Assembly (NCBI GenBank): GCA_028285755.1
Contig: JANQOQ010000006.1
Span: 734,184 to 798,183, forward strand
Direction: 5' to 3'
From: Puniceicoccaceae bacterium
Lineage (GTDB): Bacteria > Verrucomicrobiota > Verrucomicrobiia > Opitutales > JAFGAQ01
DNA: 64,000 bases
Below are positions 1 through 12,836 of the stretch, in pieces. A model generated the notes under the pieces. That model saw only the letters and a list, made by a program, of their open reading frames with translations, was not told the DNA's origin and ran no database searches. A program made the translations under genes and the position numbers. How positions within the stretch are numbered: position 1 is the first letter of the stretch; every line of letters begins with the position of its first letter.

Positions 1-776
1 TCCAGGAAAACAATCTCGTAAAATTTCGTAAGCACTACCGCAATGTGGATGTATTGCTCATCGATGATGTGCAATTTCTGGCGGGTAAAGAAAGGATCCA
101 GGAAGAGTTTTTCCACACTTTCAATGAGCTATTTGAAGCCCAGAAGCAGATTTTTCTGACATCTGACCGGCCAGCCAATGAAATTGCCAAATTGGAAAAC
201 CGCTTAATTTCGCGTTTCCAGTGGGGACTCGTCGCAGACATCCAAAGTCCGGATATGGAAACCCGCCTGGCAATCCTTTCAAATAAGGCAAATTCGCTGA
301 ACGTAAACATTCCCGACGATGTATTGCGTTTTCTGGCTGAGAAGGTTTCCAAGAATGTACGACGCCTGGAAGGTGCACTAACTCGCGTGGCCAGCTACAT
401 GGCATTGGTAAAAAAACCTATCGATATTGCCAAGGTGGAGGCTCTTTTGGAGGATATCCTGCAGGAGGAAATGCAGAACCAGGTGAGCGTGGAGAAGATT
501 CAGAAGAAAGTTACTGAGCATTTCAACCTCCGCATCCATGATATGATCAGCAAGCGACGCCCCAGCAATATCGCATTTCCGCGGCAAATCGCTATGTATT
601 TGAGCAGAATGATGACCGGTTGCTCCCTGCAGGAGATCGGTGAAGCCTTTGGTGGACGTGATCACGGCACCGTGATTCATGCGTGCAAGACGGTCGAAAA
701 CATGATGGAGCAGGATATTTCTGTAAAACAAAGTGTTGACTACCTGATGAAGCAGTTGTCCAAAGATCAGTCATAA
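1..776 (+). CDS. dnaA: Chromosomal replication initiator DnaA (5'-truncated by window edge)
   Basis: Frame open from window start; Walker B 'VLLIDDVQF', 'QEEFFHTFN', 'TSDR', 'RLISRF', 'VRRLEGAL', domain IV 'RQIAMYL...[11 protein letters not shown]'. Confidence 0.98.
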   Translation, partial: QENNLVKFRKHYRNVDVLLIDDVQFLAGKERIQEEFFHTFNELFEAQKQIFLTSDRPANEIAKLENRLISRFQWGLVADIQSPDMETRLAILSNKANSLNVNIPDDVLRFLAEKVSKNVRRLEGALTRVASYMALVKKPIDIAKVEALLEDILQEEMQNQVSVEKIQKKVTEHFNLRIHDMISKRRPSNIAFPRQIAMYLSRMMTGCSLQEIGEAFGGRDHGTVIHACKTVENMMEQDISVKQSVDYLMKQLSKDQS

Positions 777-1216
777 TGACTTTAACGGACGCGCAAAAAG
801 CAAAAATCGGAGAGTGGGTCTCCGAAGGATTATCACTCGGTGAGATTCAAACCCGTATCCAATCGGAGTTTGAGGTATCCATGACTTACATGGATGTCCG
901 GTTTCTCGTGGACGACCTTAACCTGGCTCTAAAGGACAAACCGAAGGAAGAAGCGGTGGAGGATGTCACAAAGGCACCGACTGAAGGCAATCCACAGGAT
1001 GGGGTAACCGTAGAAGTCGATAAGCTTGTGCGCCCCGGTGCGATCGTGAGTGGGAGTGTGACTTTTAGTGATGGGGTGACTGCACAATGGTCGCTCGATC
1101 AAATGGGAAGGCTTGGCCTCACTGGGACCCCTGAAGACTATCAGCCCGGCCCTGAGGATGTGCAGGAGTTTCAAATGGCCTTGCAGGAAGAACTGCAGAA
1201 AAAGGGCATGGGGTAA
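776..1216 (+). CDS. Hypothetical protein (146 aa), translationally coupled to dnaA
   Basis: ATG overlaps dnaA stop (TAATG); normal protein composition; N-terminal helix-turn-helix-like segment; no recognised family. Confidence 0.8.
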   Translation: MTLTDAQKAKIGEWVSEGLSLGEIQTRIQSEFEVSMTYMDVRFLVDDLNLALKDKPKEEAVEDVTKAPTEGNPQDGVTVEVDKLVRPGAIVSGSVTFSDGVTAQWSLDQMGRLGLTGTPEDYQPGPEDVQEFQMALQEELQKKGMG

Positions 1217-1325
1217 GCAAATTTCGGGCAGCTTTATTTTTAGAACTCAGTAGGGTGCCTAATATACTAAACTGAAAACTCCCATAAACTTGCAGGATCA
1301 ATGATTGATGTGTTACCCCATCATC

Positions 1326-4181
<2,856 letters not shown>

Positions 4182-4268
4182 TCAAGCCAGATTCTTGATT
4201 CTGAGATTGATTTTTATGCCACAAGCAGTTTATAGGACAGGATTGGAATGTTAACCAAACAATAAAAT

Positions 4269-6110
4269 ATGAGTGAATCAACTGTTCAAAAACACAATTT
4301 TGATGCTGATGTAAAGCAAGTGCTCGATATCGTGGTCAACGCACTGTATACCGATAAAGAGGTGTTTATCCGTGAGTTGGTTTCCAATGCCTCCGATGCA
4401 CTTGAAAAGATCCGTCATACGCAATTGCAGGAGAGTGAAATCTTTGATGACTCGCTGGAGCTGGAAGTCAATATCCAGACCGACGACACCGCCAATACGC
4501 TGACCATTCAGGACTTTGGTATCGGTATGGATGAAAACGACCTCACAGAAAACCTGGGGACGATCGCGCGCTCAGGATCCAAGGCATTTATGCAGGCCCT
4601 TAAGGAAAAGGGAGATGCTGCTGAGGTAATCGGCCAGTTTGGTGTGGGGTTCTACAGTGTGTTTATGGTTGCCGAGTCGGTAAAGGTTTACACCCGCTCG
4701 TGGAAGCCGGACGCAAAGGGATATCTATGGAGTTCTGACGGGAGTGGCGCCTATACCATCGAGGAAGTCGAGGGGCAGCGACGCGGAACCAAGATCATAA
4801 TCACCCTAAAGGAGGATGATAAGGAATTTGCCAAGGAAGAGCGGGTAAAGGGCATCATTCAACGCTACTCCAGCTATGTGCAGTATCCGGTCAATCTCAA
4901 CGGGGAGAAGTTGAATACAGTTCAGGCTATCTGGACACGCAACAAGAGCGAGATCACCGATGAGGAGTATCAGGAGTTTTATAAATTTCAGGCAAATGCC
5001 TGGGACGATGCGCGCTTTTGGCTGCATTTCTCAGCGGATGCACCGATTGACATCAAGTCCCTGCTGTTTGTTCCCACGGATAATCCTGAAAAGATGGGCT
5101 TCATGCATGCGGATCATGATGTGGCGCTCTACTGTAAGAAGATCCTGATTGATCGTAAGCCGGATGGCCTGCTGCCGGAGTGGATGCGCTTCGTAAAGGG
5201 GGTTGTGGACTCTGCGGATATCCCGCTGAATATCTCACGCGAATCGATGCAGGACAGTCAGCTCGTGCAGAAAATCGGCAAGGTGATCACCGGACGATTC
5301 ATCAAGTTTCTTTCCGAGAAAGCCAAAAAAGATCCGGAAGCTTATACGGATTTCTGGCAGAATTTTGCCCACTACATCAAGGAAGGCATCACATCAGATT
5401 TTGAGAATAAGGAAAAACTCTCAAAGCTCATCCGCTATGAATCATCACTCACCGAAACGGGCAAATTGACTTCGCTGGATGACTATATCTCCCGCTGCAA
5501 GGAAGAGCAGAAGGAGATCTATTACCTGCTCGGTAATTCCCGTGAGGTGATTGAAAACGGTCCGTATCTGGAGGTCTTCAAAAGCAATAATATAGAGGTG
5601 CTCTACCTTTATGAAGGGGTGGATGAATTTGTGATGAGCCATATTGGCGAATACGAAGGGAAGAAACTCGTCTCAGCGGATTCTGAAGGGCTTGAGCTAG
5701 ATGCCAGTGCGGCCCAGAGCGGCGAAAAGCTGAGTGATGAGGATGCAGGCTCGCTCGTGGAATGGCTGAAAACCACACTCGGTGAACGTGTAAGCGATGT
5801 AAAAGTCAGTAGTCGCTTAACGGATAATCCGGCGATTGTACTGAATAAGGACAAAATGATGACCGCGAATATGCGGCGCATTATGAAGGCGATGAATCAG
5901 GATATGCCTCAGGAGACACCCGTGCAGCTGGAGATTAACCCCGCTCATGCCCTGGTCAAAAAGCTAAGCACCCTTAAGGATAGCGAGCCGGAAATTGCGG
6001 GTCTCGTTGCGGAACAAATGCTGGATAACTGCCGCATGAATGCAGGTGTGCTCGAAGACACGCAAGGCATGGTAAACCGCATTTACACCTTGCTTGAAAA
6101 ACTGGGTTAA
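4269..6110 (+). CDS. htpG: Molecular chaperone HtpG (Hsp90)
   Basis: 'FIRELVSNASDA', 'DFGIGM', 'LGTIARSGS', 'IGQFGVGFYS', 'PLNISRE', 'LEINP.H'. Confidence 0.98.
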   Translation: MSESTVQKHNFDADVKQVLDIVVNALYTDKEVFIRELVSNASDALEKIRHTQLQESEIFDDSLELEVNIQTDDTANTLTIQDFGIGMDENDLTENLGTIARSGSKAFMQALKEKGDAAEVIGQFGVGFYSVFMVAESVKVYTRSWKPDAKGYLWSSDGSGAYTIEEVEGQRRGTKIIITLKEDDKEFAKEERVKGIIQRYSSYVQYPVNLNGEKLNTVQAIWTRNKSEITDEEYQEFYKFQANAWDDARFWLHFSADAPIDIKSLLFVPTDNPEKMGFMHADHDVALYCKKILIDRKPDGLLPEWMRFVKGVVDSADIPLNISRESMQDSQLVQKIGKVITGRFIKFLSEKAKKDPEAYTDFWQNFAHYIKEGITSDFENKEKLSKLIRYESSLTETGKLTSLDDYISRCKEEQKEIYYLLGNSREVIENGPYLEVFKSNNIEVLYLYEGVDEFVMSHIGEYEGKKLVSADSEGLELDASAAQSGEKLSDEDAGSLVEWLKTTLGERVSDVKVSSRLTDNPAIVLNKDKMMTANMRRIMKAMNQDMPQETPVQLEINPAHALVKKLSTLKDSEPEIAGLVAEQMLDNCRMNAGVLEDTQGMVNRIYTLLEKLG

Positions 6111-6114
6111 ACGC

Positions 6115-6975
6115 TTACTTCGCTAATTCGATAATACCCTTGGCAGTTTTCGAGAGATCGTGAACCGCTGTCAGGATCTGGGGGATATCATCGGTTTGCA
6201 TGCCGATGGTCTCCCACGCCTTATCGTAAAAGCTGATTGGGAATAGGTCGATGCCTGCTCCGATTCCCTGGTTCAGGCAAGCGAAATTAGCAAGGTGTAC
6301 GATATATACGAGCTCCTTGCTTTTGTCTGGTGCGTTAATGGGGTCATTATAATGAACGGCAACATCCCGGACAATTTCAGGCAGATTCCATTCCGAAAAT
6401 ACATGTCCTGACGCTTGGGTGTGACTGACTCCGATTAAATCAATCTCAATCTCCCAGAGCTCCCGCTTGGCTTTTTTAACTTCCTTGATGATCTTCTCAT
6501 ACTCCGGAGTGAAATTTTGGGCCAAGAGCACAATTCCGATCTTGTGAAGCAGACCTGCGGTGTAGGTATGGTTACTGGGTTTCACCAGGTTACGTGCATT
6601 TTTCTCAATAATTTCGGATGCAAAGGCCACGGCAAGCGAATGGAGCCAGAATTGCTGAAAATCCAAACCATTGACTGTGCGGAAATCTTTGATCAACGAT
6701 ACGGAAAGAACCATATCCCGGATGCGGGATATGCCTATGCGGCTAATGCCCTCTTCAATAGAAGAAACCGAGCCAGCGTATCCAAAAGCGACGGAGTTGG
6801 CGATTTTCAGGACACTTGCTGAGAGAGACAAATCCACTTTCACCAGATTTGCAACGTCGTAAGGATCTGCATAGATATCCTGAGTCAGTTGTATAATCTC
6901 CTGGATAATTGCCGGTAAAGGCGGGAGCTTACAACTGGTCAGCTTCTCGGTTATTTCTGCAGAGGGATCGGACAT
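6115..6975 (-). CDS. HDOD domain signal-transduction protein
   Basis: 'LPPLP', 'D.SLSASVLKIANS', 'FWLHS', 'AGLLHKIG', 'W.LP'; last gene of the che operon. Confidence 0.9.
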   Translation of the reverse strand: MSDPSAEITEKLTSCKLPPLPAIIQEIIQLTQDIYADPYDVANLVKVDLSLSASVLKIANSVAFGYAGSVSSIEEGISRIGISRIRDMVLSVSLIKDFRTVNGLDFQQFWLHSLAVAFASEIIEKNARNLVKPSNHTYTAGLLHKIGIVLLAQNFTPEYEKIIKEVKKAKRELWEIEIDLIGVSHTQASGHVFSEWNLPEIVRDVAVHYNDPINAPDKSKELVYIVHLANFACLNQGIGAGIDLFPISFYDKAWETIGMQTDDIPQILTAVHDLSKTAKGIIELAK

Positions 6976-6983
6976 TTATATAA

Positions 6984-7358
6984 TTAGAAAGCTTCGCCCA
7001 GGCATTGCATGATTTTGGACTCGAGGTCCTCCTGTGCAAAGGGTTTCACCAGGTAATTGGTAGCACCGGCAACCAAGGCTTTTTTAACATTTTCAGGATT
7101 CCCCTCACTGGTAACCATCATCACCGGGATTTCCTTCCAGGCGTCATTGGTTTTGATGGTTTGAAGGAATTCGAGACCGGTCATACCGGGCATATTCCAG
7201 TCGAGGAGGATCATTGAGATTTCACTACCCTGCTCTTCAAGCACTTTAAGAGCATCGTTCCCATTGCGGGCCGTAACGGTTTCGGCACCGATGACGCTAG
7301 CTGCGTCAGATATAATGCGAAGCATCACTAGAGAGTCATCTACACTGAGTATTTTCAT
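6984..7358 (-). CDS. cheY: Single-domain response regulator CheY
   Basis: 'VDDS', 'LLDWNMP', 'MVTS', 'VKPF'; lies in the che operon. Confidence 0.9.
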   Translation of the reverse strand: MKILSVDDSLVMLRIISDAASVIGAETVTARNGNDALKVLEEQGSEISMILLDWNMPGMTGLEFLQTIKTNDAWKEIPVMMVTSEGNPENVKKALVAGATNYLVKPFAQEDLESKIMQCLGEAF

Positions 7359-7367
7359 CGTTCTGAT

Positions 7368-8207
7368 TTATTTCTTTTTATAATAGATTGCATTCTGCTG
7401 TTCAACCATATCGAAGCTAGTGGAATAACCTACTAAAGATTCGGAGGAACCCAACAAAAAGAACCCAGGCGGCTCCAGAATATTGTGTATTCTGGAAAAG
7501 AGCTCACGCTTAAATTTGTCTGAAAAGTATATGGCTACATTCCGGCAGAGCACAAAATCAAAGTTGCCGAGGTTTCGCGGGTGATCCTGGAGGTTAAACT
7601 TCTTAAAAGTGACCCGGTTCTTAATCTTATCGTCCAATAACCAAATCTTGCCAGCTTGCTTAAAATACTTGGCTTTATATTTATCGCTCATACCCCTAGA
7701 CATGGCCAACTGGTTGTAGCGCCCCGCATTCGCAAGGAACAAAACACTGGGCGATATATCCGTCGCAAGGACACTAAATTGTTCCAGAGTTACCCCTTTG
7801 AGTTTGCCGGATGAGATCATATCATCCAGCAACATGATAATCGAGTAAGGCTCCTGTCCCGTAGAGCTGGCAGCGCACCAGATACGGATCTTTTGCTTGC
7901 GATGTTCCCGCATGGAGTCCACGAGCTTGGGGAAGATGGAGTTTTCCATCAACGTCCACGGCTTGGAATCCCGAAACCAGTAGGTTTCATTGGTTGTCAT
8001 CGCATCGATGATTTTATCCCGAATTTTCCCACTGACATCCTTGGTGGCGTTATGATAGAACTCCGTAAAGTTTGCAGCGCCCAGTTCAACCATCAACCTG
8101 GATAACCGACTCTCAAGGAGGTAGGTTTTCTCTGGCTTTACTTCAATCTCACTGTGCTTAATAATGAAATCACGCAGTAGATTAAATTCATCGGTACTAA
8201 TTGGCAT
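7368..8207 (-). CDS. cheR: Chemotaxis protein-glutamate methyltransferase CheR
   Basis: 'TTNETYWFRD', 'IWCAASSTGQEPYS', 'ATDIS', 'CRNVAIYF', 'LGSSE'. Confidence 0.96.
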   Translation of the reverse strand: MPISTDEFNLLRDFIIKHSEIEVKPEKTYLLESRLSRLMVELGAANFTEFYHNATKDVSGKIRDKIIDAMTTNETYWFRDSKPWTLMENSIFPKLVDSMREHRKQKIRIWCAASSTGQEPYSIIMLLDDMISSGKLKGVTLEQFSVLATDISPSVLFLANAGRYNQLAMSRGMSDKYKAKYFKQAGKIWLLDDKIKNRVTFKKFNLQDHPRNLGNFDFVLCRNVAIYFSDKFKRELFSRIHNILEPPGFFLLGSSESLVGYSTSFDMVEQQNAIYYKKK

Positions 8208-8212
8208 CTTTG

Positions 8213-9388
8213 TTAAGCAAGTTTACGTTTTAAAATAAGTTCTGAGATTCGATTGGCGATTTTGTCCAGGGGTATCACTTCATCCGCCAAGCCATGTTCA
8301 ACAATGGCTTTAGGCATACCGTAAACCACACATGAATTTTCATCCTGAGCGATCGAATAGCTTTTGCCTTTACTTTTAATCGTCTCCACACCTTTGCAGC
8401 CATCTTCACCCATACCGGTAAGAATGATCGAGAGCACCTGGCCTTTAAATTTTTCCGCAACGGAATCGAAGCTGACATCAACCGAGGGTTTGCAGGAGTT
8501 CACGGGTTTTCCGTCATCCATTTTCAAGCGATATTGTCCCAGGGCAGCAGTGGGTTCCAGCAGGGTATGCAGCCCACCCGGCGCGATGTAGTAAGTATCG
8601 TTGGAGAGTGTTTCCCCGTCTTCGGCTTCTTTGACTTTCAGTCCTGTTTTTCGGTGCAGGGAACCTGCGAGTGATGCCGTAAAAAATGCGGGCATATGCT
8701 GTACAATGAGTATGGGGCAGCCTATAGACTTAGGCATCATGGACAATAGTTTCTGCAGTGCATTAGGTCCTCCGGTGGATACCCCAATCACGATCAGAGA
8801 ATTGGCTGCATTAAAAAGAATCGGCGTCGCACTGATTGGCTTAAGCGGTCTCGCAACAACCGGTTTAGGTGTTTCTACTGCAGGTTTAACCGAACGCCCG
8901 ATTGCCGGTTTTGCAATGCTTACACGTTTGCGGGTTTTAAGGATGCGAATGACCCGGGTAAGCCCATGAGTCAGAATCTGCATACTTTCATCCAGGCTTT
9001 TCCCTTTCGGTTTGGGAATAAATTCGAGTGCGCCCAGTTCCAGTGCACGCAATGTGATGTCCGCATCCGCAGTTGTTACTCCACTTAACATCACAACGGC
9101 AGTGTCCGGGTAGAGCTTGAGGATTTTTTCGAGCGCCTCGACTCCGTCCATATTCGGCATCATAACATCCAACAAAACCAGGTCTGCCGGTTTTTCCTGC
9201 ATTTTCTTCACGGCGATGGCCCCGTCAGATGCAGTTGCGATGACCTCAGCATCTTCAATATTCTCTATCGCCATAGAGAGAATCTTGCGATACAGAGCGG
9301 TGTCATCTGCGATCAGCACCTTCAGTCCGGCATTGGATTTAAGGGGTGTGAGTGAACGTTGATTTTGAGTTACAGTGGAGGGAATCAT
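8213..9388 (-). CDS. cheB: Chemotaxis response regulator / protein-glutamate methylesterase CheB
   Basis: N-terminal REC ('IADD','LLDVMMP'); esterase triad motifs 'GVSTGGP', 'VQHMP', 'LTGMGEDG'; 'KPSVD'. Confidence 0.96.
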   Translation of the reverse strand: MIPSTVTQNQRSLTPLKSNAGLKVLIADDTALYRKILSMAIENIEDAEVIATASDGAIAVKKMQEKPADLVLLDVMMPNMDGVEALEKILKLYPDTAVVMLSGVTTADADITLRALELGALEFIPKPKGKSLDESMQILTHGLTRVIRILKTRKRVSIAKPAIGRSVKPAVETPKPVVARPLKPISATPILFNAANSLIVIGVSTGGPNALQKLLSMMPKSIGCPILIVQHMPAFFTASLAGSLHRKTGLKVKEAEDGETLSNDTYYIAPGGLHTLLEPTAALGQYRLKMDDGKPVNSCKPSVDVSFDSVAEKFKGQVLSIILTGMGEDGCKGVETIKSKGKSYSIAQDENSCVVYGMPKAIVEHGLADEVIPLDKIANRISELILKRKLA

Positions 9389-12300
9389 TAGAGGTGCGTG
9401 TTGGTCAACAAAGGTGTATTCTTTTCAAAAACTTCCTTAATCGCATTTTGGGTGGATCGTTTGCTGAATTTCATCAGGAACTGATTAAAACCCGCTTCCT
9501 CAGATTTTTGTGCATTCATTTGTTCATTTCTACCGGCAGTAGCGATAAAAGGGATTGCACTGAGACGCTCAGATTTCCGCGCTCGGGCGAGTAGCTCGAA
9601 TCCATTCAAAGAGGGAAGCTCCAGCTCAGTGATCACCATGTGGTAATCCTTATCATTGAGCTTTTCCCATGCATCCAGGCCATTGCGGGCAAAATCCACT
9701 TCAGCAAATATATCCTGAAGGAAGGCCATCTGGATATTGCGGAAGAATGCGTTGTTCTCTACCAGCAACAGATTGAGGGTTTTGAAGTGCTCGAGTGTCT
9801 CAGTAACCTTGTAAGAACGGGGGTCCACCGATTCAAAGAGGCTGTAGATATCGACTACGATCACCAGGGAGTCGGAAATAAAGGTACTTCCCAGGATCCC
9901 GGTGCCCCGGATTGTATCACGGTCCAGATCAACTACCGTTTCGACCGTATCCACGATTTGAGTAGCAACGATGCCGATGGGGCGATCCACCAATTTAGGG
10001 ATCAATACATACAGTTGCTCCGGAGAATTCTCGGGCGTGGCTACCGGCATGTGGTCATGCATGCGCACCAGTTCGATGGATTTTCCTCCCAGGTTCAGAT
10101 ACTCCTTTTCGCCAACCAGCTCGATGTCACTCATCTTAACCTTCTCAATACGGGCTACCGTAGAGAGGTTGATCGCAAAGAGCTCAAATCCTTCATTCTT
10201 AAAGAGCAGCAGAGATTCCATATCTTCGTTTTGAGTCGAAAGTGCTTCATCCGTTTCATCCATTGATTGCGCGTTCATATCCTCAAAGCTGAGATTTGCG
10301 ATTTCAGTGATGCCTGCTATATCGATAATCATAGCGACTTTACCATCACCCATTATCGTAACCCCTGAATAACAAACCGCTTGTTTCAGATAAACACTCA
10401 GCGGTTTGACAGCGATTTCCTCACTATCGTAAAGCTCGTTTACAACAAGGCCGTATTGCTGATTATCCAGGTTCATCACCAATACATAACCGTCTTCTTC
10501 TTTGTCCTCAGCTTCAGAATCTGCAGCGGCATCCTCTTCGAGATCAAGCACTTCCCGCAAATCTATTAAGGTAAGCAGGGACTCGCGTAATCTTAGCACC
10601 CGGGTGCCTCGGACCAGCTCGGACTGGTTTTTACCTCCCAGGCGAACAACTTCTTCAAGATTGACCTGCGGAACTGCAAATTTGCGCTCACCGGCACCTA
10701 CAATCATTGCAGGAATAATCGCGAGGGTAAGGGGTAACTTCAAACTGATCTTAGTGCCTACACCGAGTTCGGACTCGATATCGATAAACCCTCCGAGTTT
10801 CTCGATGTTAGTGCGCACCACATCCATGCCCACGCCTCTGCCGGAAACATCGCTAACCTGCTCAGCCGTTGAAAACCCGGGTAGGAAAATGATTCCAAAT
10901 GCCTGTTTATCTGACATTGTTTCGGCACTCTCCGGTGTGATCAGGCCTTTTTCGATTGCTTTTTTCTTCAGCTTTTCGGTGTTGAGGCCACGACCATCAT
11001 CCATGATGTCGATAACTACCTGCCCGCCAACGTGCCTTGCAACCAAACGCGCATGGCCTTCACGGGTTTTACCGGCAGCTTCCCGTTCATCCGGAGTTTC
11101 AATGCCGTGATCTGCTGTATTGCGGATCAGGTGAGTCAATGGATCGGACAATGCCTCGATAATCGATTTATCGAGCTCAACATCCTCCCCTTCAATCTCC
11201 AGCACGATTTCTTTACCCAGCTTGTTGGATAAATCGCGGATGATGCGGTGGAATTTACTTAAGATGATCGCCAGGGGCTGCAGGCGCGTCTGCATAACAC
11301 GCTCATGCATGTCCGACGTGATGAGATTCATGTTCTGGATAATACCTTCCAGACCGTTGACATCCTGCCCATACTTCTCAGCTACACGAACCAGCTGATT
11401 GCGGCTGAGCACCATCTCTCCCGCCAGGTTCATCAAATCGTTTAACAGGGAAACCGGCACGCGCACTGTTTCGTCCGCCTTTTTGCTCTTCTGTCGTGCC
11501 AAAGAGGTTTTTGCGGTTGCCGGTTCAGCAGAAGCTTCCTCTTTTTGAGGGGCTGCCGCTTCAACTTCTACCTCGGGCTCCGCCTGAGGGGCCGGCTCTT
11601 CTTCAATTTCCTCATCAACGACCTCGAGGAAGACTTCCTCCGTGCGTGATGCCGGCATGTGAGTACCTGGATCTGACTTAATCCAACCTTTGAGTGCTTC
11701 CAGATCGATCTCGTGGACCTGATCTTCGGGAATATCAAAGACACTGGTAATCATATCCGGCGAACCCATTACGGTGGTGAACAGGAATCGGCACTTGAGC
11801 TCAGCTTCGAGCGCATCTTCCAAGCCGGTAATGACGCTAAAGTCGAAATAGGCATCCACGAACTCGCCGAGGCTCTCGATTTCCTTAAAGTAGTCATAGG
11901 GAGTCCGGTTTTTCTCCTTGATATCGCGGATCATGTAGAGATCGATCACAAAGACCAGATGCCCGTGACCAATGGCATCCTTGAGGATGTAAGGGTCCAG
12001 CTTGAAACCGCTGAGTGCCTCGGGAAGCGCTCCGGAGTCATCGACCTCCGCCTGATTATCAGCTGCCGGTGCGGATGCAGCATTCTCTGTCGATGTGCCT
12101 CCCAAAAATACTTCCAGCCGCTTAACCTCATCCTCAATGGGTATTTCCGTGCTGGTCTGCGGGCTCTCCACCATGATTTTGAGTTTGTCGGTGCTTTCCA
12201 GAAAGATATCGATCATCTCGCGATTGGGCGTAAGCTCCCCTTCTCTTACGAGTGCCATTACATTTTCCATGACATGACTGAGCTTCATAATCTGGTCGAA

Positions 12301-12468
12301 ACCAAAGAAGCCGGAAGATCCCTTTATGCTATGCACCCCCCGAAAGATGGTGTTGATGGATTCTGAGTCACTGGAAGCATTTTCCATCTCCAGCAGTTCA
12401 GGTTCGAGCGCCTCGAGATGCTCGCGGGACTCTTGTATAAAGATATCTATGAGTTCATCATCTACCAT
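9388..12468 (-). CDS. cheA: Hybrid chemotaxis histidine kinase CheA (Hpt, P2-like, dimerisation, HATPase, two CheW domains, C-terminal receiver-like domain)
   Basis: 'FRGVHSIKG', 'HLIRNTADHGIE', 'DDGRG', 'PGFST...SGRGVGMDVV', 'LPLTLAI', two CheW-like segments, C-terminal REC fold. Confidence 0.96.
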   Translation of the reverse strand: MVDDELIDIFIQESREHLEALEPELLEMENASSDSESINTIFRGVHSIKGSSGFFGFDQIMKLSHVMENVMALVREGELTPNREMIDIFLESTDKLKIMVESPQTSTEIPIEDEVKRLEVFLGGTSTENAASAPAADNQAEVDDSGALPEALSGFKLDPYILKDAIGHGHLVFVIDLYMIRDIKEKNRTPYDYFKEIESLGEFVDAYFDFSVITGLEDALEAELKCRFLFTTVMGSPDMITSVFDIPEDQVHEIDLEALKGWIKSDPGTHMPASRTEEVFLEVVDEEIEEEPAPQAEPEVEVEAAAPQKEEASAEPATAKTSLARQKSKKADETVRVPVSLLNDLMNLAGEMVLSRNQLVRVAEKYGQDVNGLEGIIQNMNLITSDMHERVMQTRLQPLAIILSKFHRIIRDLSNKLGKEIVLEIEGEDVELDKSIIEALSDPLTHLIRNTADHGIETPDEREAAGKTREGHARLVARHVGGQVVIDIMDDGRGLNTEKLKKKAIEKGLITPESAETMSDKQAFGIIFLPGFSTAEQVSDVSGRGVGMDVVRTNIEKLGGFIDIESELGVGTKISLKLPLTLAIIPAMIVGAGERKFAVPQVNLEEVVRLGGKNQSELVRGTRVLRLRESLLTLIDLREVLDLEEDAAADSEAEDKEEDGYVLVMNLDNQQYGLVVNELYDSEEIAVKPLSVYLKQAVCYSGVTIMGDGKVAMIIDIAGITEIANLSFEDMNAQSMDETDEALSTQNEDMESLLLFKNEGFELFAINLSTVARIEKVKMSDIELVGEKEYLNLGGKSIELVRMHDHMPVATPENSPEQLYVLIPKLVDRPIGIVATQIVDTVETVVDLDRDTIRGTGILGSTFISDSLVIVVDIYSLFESVDPRSYKVTETLEHFKTLNLLLVENNAFFRNIQMAFLQDIFAEVDFARNGLDAWEKLNDKDYHMVITELELPSLNGFELLARARKSERLSAIPFIATAGRNEQMNAQKSEEAGFNQFLMKFSKRSTQNAIKEVFEKNTPLLTNTHL

Positions 12469-12480
12469 GACTGAGTCCTC

Positions 12481-12804
12481 CTATGCGGGGGTTGATTCGC
12501 CTGCTACTCCAAAAACTTCGGTCAGTTTGAATATGGAGAACAGCCATTTGACATTGTCGGTACATTCCACGACTTGAAACCCCCACTTGCGGTTTTTGCA
12601 TTCCTGATACAGTCCGATAAGTAAGTTAAGGCCCTGGGAGTCGATTGTCTCGACAGAGTCCAGGTTAAGAATGATTTGGCGGGTATCTGCGTGATGGGTA
12701 TCGACGGCATCCTTGAAGAGTTTCGCCATATCTTCAATGATGGTGGAAAGGATGCTCTCTTCGGGTGAGATTTCCAGGACGTTTCCTTTAAGTTCGTATT
12801 TCAT
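12481..12804 (-). CDS. STAS domain protein (anti-sigma factor antagonist-like)
   Basis: 'IILNLDSVETIDSQGLNLLI' matches the STAS D-S-x-G phospho-serine motif; start chosen at ATG 12804. Confidence 0.85.
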   Translation of the reverse strand: MKYELKGNVLEISPEESILSTIIEDMAKLFKDAVDTHHADTRQIILNLDSVETIDSQGLNLLIGLYQECKNRKWGFQVVECTDNVKWLFSIFKLTEVFGVAGESTPA

Positions 12805-12836
12805 GTTGCTGGCTTTCGCTAAATTAGTGACCACGG

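Noticed and set aside
1219-1241. Short similarity (TTTCGGGCAGCTTTATTTT) to 55926-55944 upstream of the second ECF sigma
   Set aside because: 16/19 match in low-complexity AT-rich DNA with unrelated contexts; probably chance
11490-11640. Glu/Ala/Pro-rich quasi-repeat in cheA
   Set aside because: Ordinary CheA flexible linker
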